From a virus, in IMG/VR virus record IMGVR_UViG_3300023179_000038, positions 32,001 through 96,000 of that record: DNA of 64,000 bases. One strand, given 5' to 3'. A program made the translations under genes and the position numbers. The notes under the pieces were generated by a model that did not search any database, was not told the DNA's origin, and saw only the letters and a list, made by a program, of their open reading frames with translations. Shown here piece after piece: positions 40,140-49,531 of this stretch. Within the stretch, counting starts at the first letter, position 1; every line of letters starts with the position of its first letter.

Positions 40140-41270
40140 CTATGCATCTGATGCAGCGTCTGCCCACGCAATTGCGTCTTCTTCTTCCCATTGAATACCA
40201 AAGCGGACGAATACTGTGTATTCAATTGTGTCCTTCTTTGCTACGTATTCACGGTTAACAACGATATCACGTTGGAAGCCCCATACACGGTTCTGTGGGA
40301 ATGTCAAATCGACATATCCTGCAGGGTAATAAGGAACTTCTTGCACATCAATTCCTAGAACACGAGTTGTACGTGCTCCACCAAATGTCTGTGCTCCACC
40401 ATCAAGATATGCTTGACGGTTAGCGGATGTACCAGCAACACGACCTGCGAATGCTTCAGCAACAGCATCTGCTAAAGTACCGTTATTTTTTACGATACCT
40501 GCAAATGCATCTGTACCTGCATAAAACTTAAGATTGTTCTTAAGTGCACGATACTTACGTGGCATTGCTAGAATAATGTTTTGCATTACTTCTGGAGTCC
40601 ATGCATTATCAGCAACTGTTACTACTGATTCATGTGAATCTCCGCCATCTTTGTGCTTCTTTACGAAACCTGTCATGATGGACAAGAAGTCACCTGTTGA
40701 GCCATCGCCATTAATGGCAAGGTCTTCAAGGTCGTTGGCAAATGCATTAGTCATTAGTCTAACTAAATGATCTTCTAATGCAGCCCCCTCGACGTTGTCT
40801 TCAAGTGCTTCTGCAGATACTTCCCAATCAAGACGAATCTTCTTGGTTGTAAGTTCTACTTTTGAGAATGTAGCGCCAGTGTTTGTGTAATTTCCAACTG
40901 CTTGAGAAGCAGCACGAATAACACGCTCACCAACGTTAATCTTTTCTAATTCCATGGTGTTTGCTCTCATGGTCACACGACGACCATCTTGAGCAAGAAC
41001 AGTTGCATCCCACACGTAGTCAATAAAACGTTGTGCTTGTTCAGGACGCAAAATTCCGCTTGCTGCATCACCCGAAGGATCTACGGCATTTGGACCAGAT
41101 GTAACACCAAAGTTGGCATTAGGAATGTTTCCAAGTGTATCAGCACCTGGATTTGTAACACCACCAATACCACCTGAAGCGAATGCACCTTGACCTTGGT
41201 ATAGACCAGGGGCTGTTCCGCCTAGTTCGCCAGTTGTTCCTGGCTGGTTTTTCTTAATCTCTTCCGACAT
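40140..41270 (-). CDS. Major capsid protein (HK97 fold)
   Basis: GILRPEQAQRFID, LEDNVEG, EDLAINGD; start at MSEEIKK after AGGAGGT. Confidence 0.9.
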   Translation of the reverse strand: MSEEIKKNQPGTTGELGGTAPGLYQGQGAFASGGIGGVTNPGADTLGNIPNANFGVTSGPNAVDPSGDAASGILRPEQAQRFIDYVWDATVLAQDGRRVTMRANTMELEKINVGERVIRAASQAVGNYTNTGATFSKVELTTKKIRLDWEVSAEALEDNVEGAALEDHLVRLMTNAFANDLEDLAINGDGSTGDFLSIMTGFVKKHKDGGDSHESVVTVADNAWTPEVMQNIILAMPRKYRALKNNLKFYAGTDAFAGIVKNNGTLADAVAEAFAGRVAGTSANRQAYLDGGAQTFGGARTTRVLGIDVQEVPYYPAGYVDLTFPQNRVWGFQRDIVVNREYVAKKDTIEYTVFVRFGIQWEEEDAIAWADAASDA

Positions 41271-41292
41271 ATTGTCACCTCCTAGTGATTTT

Positions 41293-42633
41293 CTATCTAA
41301 ATAGATCGGCTGTTTTGAGGAAACGTCCGCCCCATTGGGATTTATCAGATTTTTCAATCTGAAATTCCTGTACGATTTCGCCTAAATCGCCAGATTTTCG
41401 GAAAGCGGTATCTGCCTCTACAGCATCGACTCTCTTTCCAAATTCATTAAAACGATCATTAGTTGCAGCAATATCTTTGGCGACTGCATCTAAAGAACTC
41501 TTTACTTCTGCTGTATCAACTTTTGTAGACTTAAGTATTTCTACTTCTGCCTGCAAAGATTTAACAGTTTCAACTAAATCGCTAAAGGCTGATGTAATTG
41601 TGTTTTTGATTTCTGCAACTGTATCAACAATTGAGTCATCTGACTTAGATACTTCTGCTGCAGCCTCTGCTGGCAGTGCGTCAACTGTTTCTTCAGTTTT
41701 AGCAACTTGATCATTTGATTGAACAGTCTCTTCAGATTTTTCAACAACTTCTTCAGTTGTTACAACATCTTCAGACTTTTCAACAATATCAGTAACAGCA
41801 GTATCAACTACAGTGATTGCCTCTGGAGCGATCTCTTCTGACTTACTAACTTCGGTATTTTCAACCTTATTATTTTTTGTCATAGGATTTTCCTCCTTAG
41901 TGGTCTTAGCATAAATGCCCTTAGCACTGTCTACTAAGAATTTGATTATATCCATTTTTTCGTTGTCTTCTTTTTCAACGAAACCTATATTTTTCATTTT
42001 ATTTCCAGTTGTTGGACTTATAAAAGATTCATCTTGTGAAATTGTAACTATGCCAGATTCTTCATCATAAAAAATATTTTCTAAAACAACATCTTGACCT
42101 TTAATAACATCAACACCGTCAACTTTTTCTACATGCATAATATTTGCAAATTGATTTGCTGGAGAATCTACTAAAGATAATTCTACTAAATCATAATCCT
42201 TAATAATTCTAATTGTGGAATCAGTTTTTTCATCATAGCCATCATCCCATTTGTTCATTTTTCCACCAATAGAAAATCCAGTTAATGTTCCGTCTAAAAC
42301 CTTTTCCCACGTATCCTGTGCACCCTTTGAAACATATGCAGAAACAAAAACACCAGAATAAAACTTTTTAGATTCTGGATCAAAATATTTATCTTCTTTA
42401 AAATTAACCATTTTCCCAACAGCAAGTGGTTGATGCATTTCACGAATATTTCCACGAAACTTTGAAAAAGCCTTTATAGATGCATCTTGTGTAACTATAT
42501 CTCCCTGTTTATCAATATTGTCAAGGGATGCAAAACCTGAGACAACACGTCTTTCTTTATCAACCTTCGTAAATGGAAGTGAAAGTCTTACAGAATCGCC
42601 AGAGGTAGCCCAATAGGCTTTAGATATAGTCAT
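41293..42633 (-). CDS. Prohead protease fused to scaffold
   Basis: DKQGDIV, REMH, GFSIGG, ELSLVDSPAN; acidic coiled-coil C-half. Confidence 0.88.
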   Translation of the reverse strand: MTISKAYWATSGDSVRLSLPFTKVDKERRVVSGFASLDNIDKQGDIVTQDASIKAFSKFRGNIREMHQPLAVGKMVNFKEDKYFDPESKKFYSGVFVSAYVSKGAQDTWEKVLDGTLTGFSIGGKMNKWDDGYDEKTDSTIRIIKDYDLVELSLVDSPANQFANIMHVEKVDGVDVIKGQDVVLENIFYDEESGIVTISQDESFISPTTGNKMKNIGFVEKEDNEKMDIIKFLVDSAKGIYAKTTKEENPMTKNNKVENTEVSKSEEIAPEAITVVDTAVTDIVEKSEDVVTTEEVVEKSEETVQSNDQVAKTEETVDALPAEAAAEVSKSDDSIVDTVAEIKNTITSAFSDLVETVKSLQAEVEILKSTKVDTAEVKSSLDAVAKDIAATNDRFNEFGKRVDAVEADTAFRKSGDLGEIVQEFQIEKSDKSQWGGRFLKTADLFR

Positions 42634-42672
42634 ACTACCTTATATTATAACGACCTTTTAACAACATCTCAA

Positions 42673-44241
42673 TTATTGAGACGATCTTCCTTCACCTTTA
42701 GGATTTCTACCATCTAATGTTGCTGTACTATCAGACTGATTGTTGACTCTTTCGGCATCTCTTTGACGTCCCTGATTTAATTGAACTGGAGTATCCCCGC
42801 CCGCAATCATTGGAAGTTTCAGTACTTCTCTTGCTTCATTTGGAACCATAATTTGAGTCTTTACAAATCTTTCAAGAATCTGAGATTGAGCAATTTCATC
42901 TGTTAGGGTTAATTCATTAAACTTTAACTCTAAAATATCTGTCTTTTCTCTTATTATTTTATTTATTATTTTTTCAAGTTGTCTTTGTGCTGGTCGTGCA
43001 ACCTGCTCTTTAAATGTACGATCTTGGGCAAGCGCTGATGCGATTGCAGAAGAATCTCCTCCACCAATCTTTGAAAGAGGAACCTGATGTGCAATTAATA
43101 TGTCATCACGATTTTGTTTTCTATATCTCTCAAAAGAGCCTTCCTGAACCCCCGTTTCAATTGGATCCATCTTAAATTCAACTTTGTTAGAATCGCTATC
43201 CCCTGGAAGAGGTATATAAAGAGTTCTGTGAGATTGCCCCTTTAGCCCTGTTTGTAAAAATCTAAACATTTTGTCTTCTGCATCTGAAGAAAGTTTTGCA
43301 CCTTTTAAAGTGACTACATAACGTGGAACAGCCTTGTTAGAAAAATAATCTATGTTGTATTGTGATGCTAACTGATCACCTTGCAAAGAAGTGATTGCAG
43401 ACATGATATCTGGAACTCCATAGAAAGTGTTTAATGGAGAATATTGTTTAAAATGAATAATTTCATTTGGTCTGGTGTCTGATGTTATTGGGTTTGCGTT
43501 TTTTGCTGCAAAATTTCTAAAATAAACTACTTTATTTCCAATAATCTGTAAATATCCATCACGCAACCTACGAATACGAATCGTTGTTGCTGGGATATGT
43601 CCTATGTAACCTATGTCTCCTGCTGTAGTTCTACCAATTTCAAGGTATCCATTGCCAATTGCCTGAACATCAGTAAAAACCTTTTCCATGGTTGTTGTAA
43701 AAGAGTCATCATCATTTAGTGATTCTAACCAATCACGTAATTCTATTTTTGCTCTTTCAATTCTATTACGTGCACGACCAACTGAATCTTTGTCTGGAGA
43801 AGACTCTAACTTAAGCATTGTTCTTGGAGATATTTCAAAACTATAACCTAGACCAACAATGTTCTCTACTTTGGCATCTATTGCTGCATGATTAGCAAAT
43901 GATGTGTCATAATAATTAGCAAGTTCATAAACATTCCATGGTGGAGTTATGACATCAAACATTCCATAACCATTTCTATAAACAGTTCCTGGATTTATTT
44001 CCTTTGATTGTGCGCCATTTATTCCAATTTGATTGCTGCGAGCACTATCCAAATACGATGCTGTTGGCTCAACAGACTTGTTTATTCTGTTTGTCCTTCT
44101 TTTAAAATTATTATCTAATCCAGAAAAATTTTTTAAAACATCCCAATTTTGATTAAACGGATCAGATTTTTTAAAAATATCATCTTGTTTAACTAAATCA
44201 TCTATTTTTGCACCAATTATATATTCATTATCATCTGACAT
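42673..44241 (-). CDS. Portal protein
   Basis: GNGYLE, EIIHFK, YGVPD, FSNKAVP, HQVP, PNEARE. Confidence 0.9.
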   Translation of the reverse strand: MSDDNEYIIGAKIDDLVKQDDIFKKSDPFNQNWDVLKNFSGLDNNFKRRTNRINKSVEPTASYLDSARSNQIGINGAQSKEINPGTVYRNGYGMFDVITPPWNVYELANYYDTSFANHAAIDAKVENIVGLGYSFEISPRTMLKLESSPDKDSVGRARNRIERAKIELRDWLESLNDDDSFTTTMEKVFTDVQAIGNGYLEIGRTTAGDIGYIGHIPATTIRIRRLRDGYLQIIGNKVVYFRNFAAKNANPITSDTRPNEIIHFKQYSPLNTFYGVPDIMSAITSLQGDQLASQYNIDYFSNKAVPRYVVTLKGAKLSSDAEDKMFRFLQTGLKGQSHRTLYIPLPGDSDSNKVEFKMDPIETGVQEGSFERYRKQNRDDILIAHQVPLSKIGGGDSSAIASALAQDRTFKEQVARPAQRQLEKIINKIIREKTDILELKFNELTLTDEIAQSQILERFVKTQIMVPNEAREVLKLPMIAGGDTPVQLNQGRQRDAERVNNQSDSTATLDGRNPKGEGRSSQ

Positions 44242-44618
44242 TAGTCTTGTGCTCCATATTTTTTAATTGTTTGTTGTGCAGCATGAACAGCACCAAGATC
44301 GTTTAAGTTTGGAATTAATCCAGACTTCATTCGATCAACTTGCTCGCTATACTCTTCATCTGTTACACGAGATAGTCCAGCAAAAAAATATGCCTCTCCG
44401 TCTGGCTCTCCATAGTGGGCTGCTGCTTGTTTTAATTCAGAAATCTTCAAAATATCACCCTTCATTGAGGGAATGTTTAGTATATTTCCTTCTCCGTCAG
44501 TAAACCACTTTCCATTTGATTTTTTCCAAACATATATTCCCCAGTCATAATTTTTTTCAACTAAAGATACTTTGGTTTCACCTATTTGACCAGGCATGCG
44601 AAATTTTTTATTTTTCAT
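44241..44618 (-). CDS. Phage hypothetical protein
   Basis: Coupled to portal; ATG at 44618 lies 7 nt after TATACT (alternative start 44624). Confidence 0.6.
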   Translation of the reverse strand: MKNKKFRMPGQIGETKVSLVEKNYDWGIYVWKKSNGKWFTDGEGNILNIPSMKGDILKISELKQAAAHYGEPDGEAYFFAGLSRVTDEEYSEQVDRMKSGLIPNLNDLGAVHAAQQTIKKYGAQD

Positions 44619-44636
44619 AACCATCAGTATACCACA

Positions 44637-47600
44637 TCATATGGCATTTTGAACTGTTGATTGCCATAGTGCGTCGGCATATATGCGATATTCATAATTA
44701 TTTAACCTAAATTGTCTTGTATCATCAATAATAAATTTATTTGTACCAACGTAACTCTTATATATATCTGATGGCTTAACCCCATAATAAGAGGTGTTGG
44801 ATAAAACTAATACACCTTGCCAAACATATGCAGAATCCCAATACTGCCAATCAAACTCAATGCCACCATCACTTTTTACTCTAAACCAAGGTCTTTCTGT
44901 AATATTTTGAACTTCTTGTAAATTTGTAGATTTATAGGTAGACACAAGATTTACTAATAAAGGACCATTTATTTTAATAGATCCTGTGTAATTATTAAAA
45001 TCTAATAAACTAGAAAAAGATATTCCAATCATAGACCACTCTTTAATGTTTATTACTGGATCTTTAACAATATTTCCATTTAAATAAAATCCAATGCCCT
45101 GCTCTATTTGTCCAGTTTTAGTATTAACTGCATAAATTTTTGCTCTTTTGCCATTGGCATTAGAAGCAACCATAAAAAATTTAATTATTGAGTCTTTAGA
45201 TTCAACTTCAAATATTTGTGTTGGTGCATATGGAAAAATATCTTCATCAAATCTAATTGCCATTTGCATTGCCATAACCTTATAGTTAGAAGATGACTCT
45301 GGATTTATGGGAATTAAAACACCACGGTTTATTAGTGGATCAAACTGACCTCTAACTTTAATTCCAGAGTGTCTTGTTAAATATAAGTATGGGGAACTGT
45401 CTTTATAAATTGTGTAAGGATTTCTATCCTTATAATTATAATATAGACCATTCTTTATATACGGATATATCGAAGTTCCAAATTTTGTGCCAATTGCATT
45501 TGGAATAATATCATTAAATGCTTGAGAGGCTAATTGAAGTTTTTTAATTTTAATTTTATTTTTTATAATATCATTGACCTTAAATTTTAATTGTACTACT
45601 ATTGCTAACTTATTGAAATCTATATTTTTAGGTGGATATATAATCATGTCATTTACAACTTCATATTTTGTTTGCATCCAACTAGTTCCTGGCTCAATTA
45701 CTCCATTTTTAGGAGCCATCTCTGTATTAATAAAAAATGAATCTGGTGCATTTGCTCCAGACTCTAAATACTGAAAAGTAATATAAGATTTAACTAATGC
45801 GTTATCCGTATCATATCTATAATTTACCTCTGAATTATTTTTTAAATCATCATAGTTTAAGTATTCAGTAAATAAATTATTATCTAAAGATTGATACGTT
45901 CTTAATTCTGGTGAAGAATATTTTAGTTGTAACTCATTATAGGTCCATGAACTATTGACACGATCTTCAGTAAAACTTAATGGTGATGGATAGTTAATAT
46001 TAAATTGAATTAAATCTAAATCATAGTAGGAATCATTTCTTGAATCCGTAACATATTGAGCAAAATACGATAGTGGAACATGGTCTTCCCATGTACCCTC
46101 AATATCAACAGTTAGGTAAAAGTTATTAAAATTTTTAACTGATACAAGTGTATAACTTGCAGTATGAGAAATTAAAGAATCTCCTGGAAAAGAAGATGGT
46201 GTTCCTCCATCTAAAAGAAAATCCCAAAAAGATGATGGTAGTTGAACATTTCCAGATAAATCTAACTCATCTTCAAAATACTCGTCTCCAGCATCATGAT
46301 CTATTTCTTCTGTGTAATTATTAAAAACATCTTCAAAGTTTATCGGAATTCCTGAAATTGGATTAAATAAATAAGTTATTGGTATAAGGTTTTTACTAGA
46401 GCAAAATCCTATCTTATAAACATTTCCATCAAAAGTTTTTTGTAATTCTTTGCATCCTCCTACATACAGTTTTGCAGAAGATAAATTTCCAAAAAATGAT
46501 GCAATTCTTTTTCCAAAATAATCTATAAATATAGTTTTATATATTCCGACAACAAATTTTTCATCGATAAATACTGGAACTGACTGATAAAGAGTATCTA
46601 TTTGTTCAGTCAAAGAACCATTTTCCATGGTTTCATATTTTAATAAGTATGTTATTTTTCCATCTATTAATTCAATACTAAAGTACTCTTTCGTAGAATC
46701 ATTATCTATTCTCAACAAAATAGTATCATTATTAAAAGATGAAACACTAAATATTCCATAAAAAGCATCTGATGAAGTAACTAGTCCAACATCATTAAAT
46801 AGTAAGTATCCCTGTGTATTTTGCCAATTTTGATTTGGCTTTAATTTAAAATATTGATGATTTGTAATTTGAAGATTTACAGAGTCTGTGTAAAAATCTT
46901 CTAAACTTTTATTATTAAAAAATACTTCTGGTAATTCATAATTTTTACTTGTCAAACAATTTTCTCTTACATCTAAATTATCTATAGAGGCTTGAGACCA
47001 AGATCCTAAATCAGGATACATATAGTTATTTGTATAATTTGCAAAAGAATAATCAATAAAAGTAGAAGTTCCACTGTATGAAGCATTAATATTTTCTGGA
47101 ATCTCTACACCTTGACCATATACAAACCTTCTTTTTGCAACAATAGATGGTATTGGATATGAATATATAGAAATACAATCTACTTCTATAGGAAATACAT
47201 CTTCATAAGAATAAAATCCAAGCCAATCTTGTTGTTTATTTTGATAGTACGGTTCTGGAAAGGACAGAGATGTAGTCAAAAGATTTAAAGATATAACCTC
47301 ATCTCCATTAATCATTAATGAAGCAATATTGTTGCTATATCTTATATGTACAAGCATTGGTCTTGCCCATTCTCCAACATAATGAGATTCAAAACTGTTT
47401 CCAATTTTTAATAAAATAAAAGGACCTTCTACATATAATCCATCATCCGAAGCAATTGGTCCAAAAATTCTTTTCTTTGTATAAGAATCAGAATTTATTT
47501 TTAACCACATTTCTACAGTATATTCTTTAAACTTTCCAGAATTATTTAAAAATCCGTATCCAGGAAATATTAAAGATGGCTTATTGTTATTTGGAGAAAT

Positions 47601-48374
47601 TGATGTTGTGCCTGTTGATCCATAAACCATTGGAATGCCAGAATTTTTTGCAACTAAAGAATTATTTTGTATAAGATAATATCCTGGAATATTTTCTAGA
47701 CCATATGACTTTGCTTCAACTGCATAATCACAATCAACATTAATTATTTCTGGAAACAATATTTTTTCTAAACCAAGAGAAGTAGAATTAAACTCTTCTG
47801 ACCATTGTCCAGCAGTTACACCATTAACATAAAATATATAATCATCTTGTGTTCCACCAGAAATATAATTAATCTTTATAACAATTTGTATTGAACCCAC
47901 TTCGGATAAAATAGGAAATGTTTCTGAAACAAAAACCCATTTTCCATAAACAGATGTTCCAAAATTTTTTATTTTTTCAACAGTATCGCCAATTGTTTCA
48001 TCATAGTATCGATAACCAATCTCAATTCCAGAAATATAAGAACTATTAGAATAAAAATAAGATCCAATACAAAAGTTTTGCATATAGTCATTAAGATCTT
48101 CTAAATTAAAAACCTCATCACTAATACATACAATCTGACCAGATTCTTCTGTAAAAAGATTTCCAACTATTTTTGTTACTGAAGAAGATGGAAATGGCTC
48201 ATCTGTTATATCATCATCAGAATAAGCAGAGCCTCCGTCTATTGACCAAGAATAAATATTTCTATCATTTTCTGATATTAAAGAAATATAGTCTATGTTA
48301 TCATCTAAAGCCCAAATAGATGTGGGATGTTCAGAAAATATTTTTTCTGCATACAGGTTTGAAGGAATAGACAT
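44637..48374 (-). CDS. Large virion structural protein with LamG/concanavalin-like domain
   Basis: HPTSIWALDD N-terminus, YTVEMWL, LMINGDEV; beta-rich. Confidence 0.6.
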   Translation of the reverse strand: MSIPSNLYAEKIFSEHPTSIWALDDNIDYISLISENDRNIYSWSIDGGSAYSDDDITDEPFPSSSVTKIVGNLFTEESGQIVCISDEVFNLEDLNDYMQNFCIGSYFYSNSSYISGIEIGYRYYDETIGDTVEKIKNFGTSVYGKWVFVSETFPILSEVGSIQIVIKINYISGGTQDDYIFYVNGVTAGQWSEEFNSTSLGLEKILFPEIINVDCDYAVEAKSYGLENIPGYYLIQNNSLVAKNSGIPMVYGSTGTTSISPNNNKPSLIFPGYGFLNNSGKFKEYTVEMWLKINSDSYTKKRIFGPIASDDGLYVEGPFILLKIGNSFESHYVGEWARPMLVHIRYSNNIASLMINGDEVISLNLLTTSLSFPEPYYQNKQQDWLGFYSYEDVFPIEVDCISIYSYPIPSIVAKRRFVYGQGVEIPENINASYSGTSTFIDYSFANYTNNYMYPDLGSWSQASIDNLDVRENCLTSKNYELPEVFFNNKSLEDFYTDSVNLQITNHQYFKLKPNQNWQNTQGYLLFNDVGLVTSSDAFYGIFSVSSFNNDTILLRIDNDSTKEYFSIELIDGKITYLLKYETMENGSLTEQIDTLYQSVPVFIDEKFVVGIYKTIFIDYFGKRIASFFGNLSSAKLYVGGCKELQKTFDGNVYKIGFCSSKNLIPITYLFNPISGIPINFEDVFNNYTEEIDHDAGDEYFEDELDLSGNVQLPSSFWDFLLDGGTPSSFPGDSLISHTASYTLVSVKNFNNFYLTVDIEGTWEDHVPLSYFAQYVTDSRNDSYYDLDLIQFNINYPSPLSFTEDRVNSSWTYNELQLKYSSPELRTYQSLDNNLFTEYLNYDDLKNNSEVNYRYDTDNALVKSYITFQYLESGANAPDSFFINTEMAPKNGVIEPGTSWMQTKYEVVNDMIIYPPKNIDFNKLAIVVQLKFKVNDIIKNKIKIKKLQLASQAFNDIIPNAIGTKFGTSIYPYIKNGLYYNYKDRNPYTIYKDSSPYLYLTRHSGIKVRGQFDPLINRGVLIPINPESSSNYKVMAMQMAIRFDEDIFPYAPTQIFEVESKDSIIKFFMVASNANGKRAKIYAVNTKTGQIEQGIGFYLNGNIVKDPVINIKEWSMIGISFSSLLDFNNYTGSIKINGPLLVNLVSTYKSTNLQEVQNITERPWFRVKSDGGIEFDWQYWDSAYVWQGVLVLSNTSYYGVKPSDIYKSYVGTNKFIIDDTRQFRLNNYEYRIYADALWQSTVQNAI

Positions 48375-48410
48375 TATGAGTCTATTTTACCACAAAGGAC
48401 TGTTTATTTT

Positions 48411-48905
48411 TTAATTTTTTGGAATCCACAACTTTTCGTTACCTTTATTGTGATACCTTGCCATAACAAACAGTAGGTCCGAAAGCCTGTTTAAGTATTT
48501 TGCAATATTTATGTTTAATCCTTCAACTTTCCAAACCTCACGCTCTGCCCTTCTCACAATAGTTCTTGCGTTATGTAAGGGACCTGTAGGTAAAACAAAA
48601 GAATGAAGCGGCTCTAGGTACTCGTTATAATCATCAATTATATTTTCTAAATGAGTGATTCTTTCTTCTGATATTGTTATGGTTGGAGCACCAGAAAGTT
48701 CTGCACCAAGATCAAATAAATCACTTTGGATTCTGTCTATGATGTCATTATGATATTCCGTCGCCATTCCAATAGCGGAGTTGGCTTCATCTACTGCACC
48801 TATTGCTTCAATTAAAGAACTGCTTTTGTCTATTCTTTCATTTGTAGCGGTAGAGGTTTTTCCATCATCGCCAGTCTTTGTATAAATACGAGTTAAGTGA
48901 ACCAT
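48411..48905 (-). CDS. pduO: PduO-type ATP:cob(I)alamin adenosyltransferase
   Basis: IYTKTGDDG, GAVDEANSAIG, IQSDLFDLGAEL, ARTIVRRAER, YLNRLSDLLF. Confidence 0.95.
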   Translation of the reverse strand: MVHLTRIYTKTGDDGKTSTATNERIDKSSSLIEAIGAVDEANSAIGMATEYHNDIIDRIQSDLFDLGAELSGAPTITISEERITHLENIIDDYNEYLEPLHSFVLPTGPLHNARTIVRRAEREVWKVEGLNINIAKYLNRLSDLLFVMARYHNKGNEKLWIPKN

Positions 48906-49069
48906 TAGTGCCCTGTCAAAGAACGCCAGATATCAACTGTAATGCTGTTGGCTATATAAAGTCCAACCAAATTTATAACCAATTGAAATGCGTACTCAAT
49001 TTTAGTAGGTTTCTTTTTTTGTAACGGAAAATCTATAACATTATATAATTCTTTATAGGCTAATCTCAT
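48905..49069 (-). CDS. Small single-TM protein (54 aa)
   Basis: Manual translation MRLAYKELYNVIDFPLQKKKPTKIEYAFQLVINLVGLYIANSITVDIWRSLTGH; ATGA and TAATG overlaps with neighbours. Confidence 0.7.
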   Translation of the reverse strand: MRLAYKELYNVIDFPLQKKKPTKIEYAFQLVINLVGLYIANSITVDIWRSLTGH

Positions 49070-49521
49070 GGAAATATTAACTCTCCTTTAGGACCAGTCC
49101 AAACCAATCCAACTGAGTCTCCTGGATTTAAATATTGTTGATCTATGGCAAGTTGTCCCCAACCCCACTCATTGCGTGGAAATGGAATAACTTGTTTTTC
49201 TTTTATTATAATTGCCCAATACGCTTCTGCGGGTGGCATAACTTCACAAGACTCTGCCTTTTCATCTGGCAAACCATTAACTCTACAAACTACTCCAAGT
49301 CCGTATTTTTTAGTGCCTTCTATTTCAAGGTTGGCTTGTTTTAAAACATCTAAAGCAAGAATGCTACTAGATGATTCTACACATTTTTCTAACTTTGTTT
49401 GATTATCTAAAACTCCATAATCAACATAAAGATTTATACAGTTGTTATCTGGTTTGTTTATAACAAACAGTGTTGCTCCAACTGCTATAAAAATTGCTAA
49501 TGATGCTAGTATTTTTTTCAT
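49066..49521 (-). CDS. Membrane-anchored/exported DUF4430-like (transcobalamin-like beta-grasp) protein
   Basis: Signal/TM then ALDVL...VVCRVNGLP...YW...W...LNPGDSVGLVW pattern; flanked by B12 genes. Confidence 0.62.
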   Translation of the reverse strand: MKKILASLAIFIAVGATLFVINKPDNNCINLYVDYGVLDNQTKLEKCVESSSSILALDVLKQANLEIEGTKKYGLGVVCRVNGLPDEKAESCEVMPPAEAYWAIIIKEKQVIPFPRNEWGWGQLAIDQQYLNPGDSVGLVWTGPKGELIFP

Positions 49522-49531
49522 TTTATCCCAC

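Noticed and set aside
41271-41357. N-terminal extension of MCP given by the ORF track
   Set aside because: Overlaps the scaffold gene; a strong SD supports the ATG at 41270. Starts of the ORFs ending at 4736, 5049, 7364, 18819, 36293, 56030 and of the plus-strand lysozyme ORF were trimmed for similar reasons
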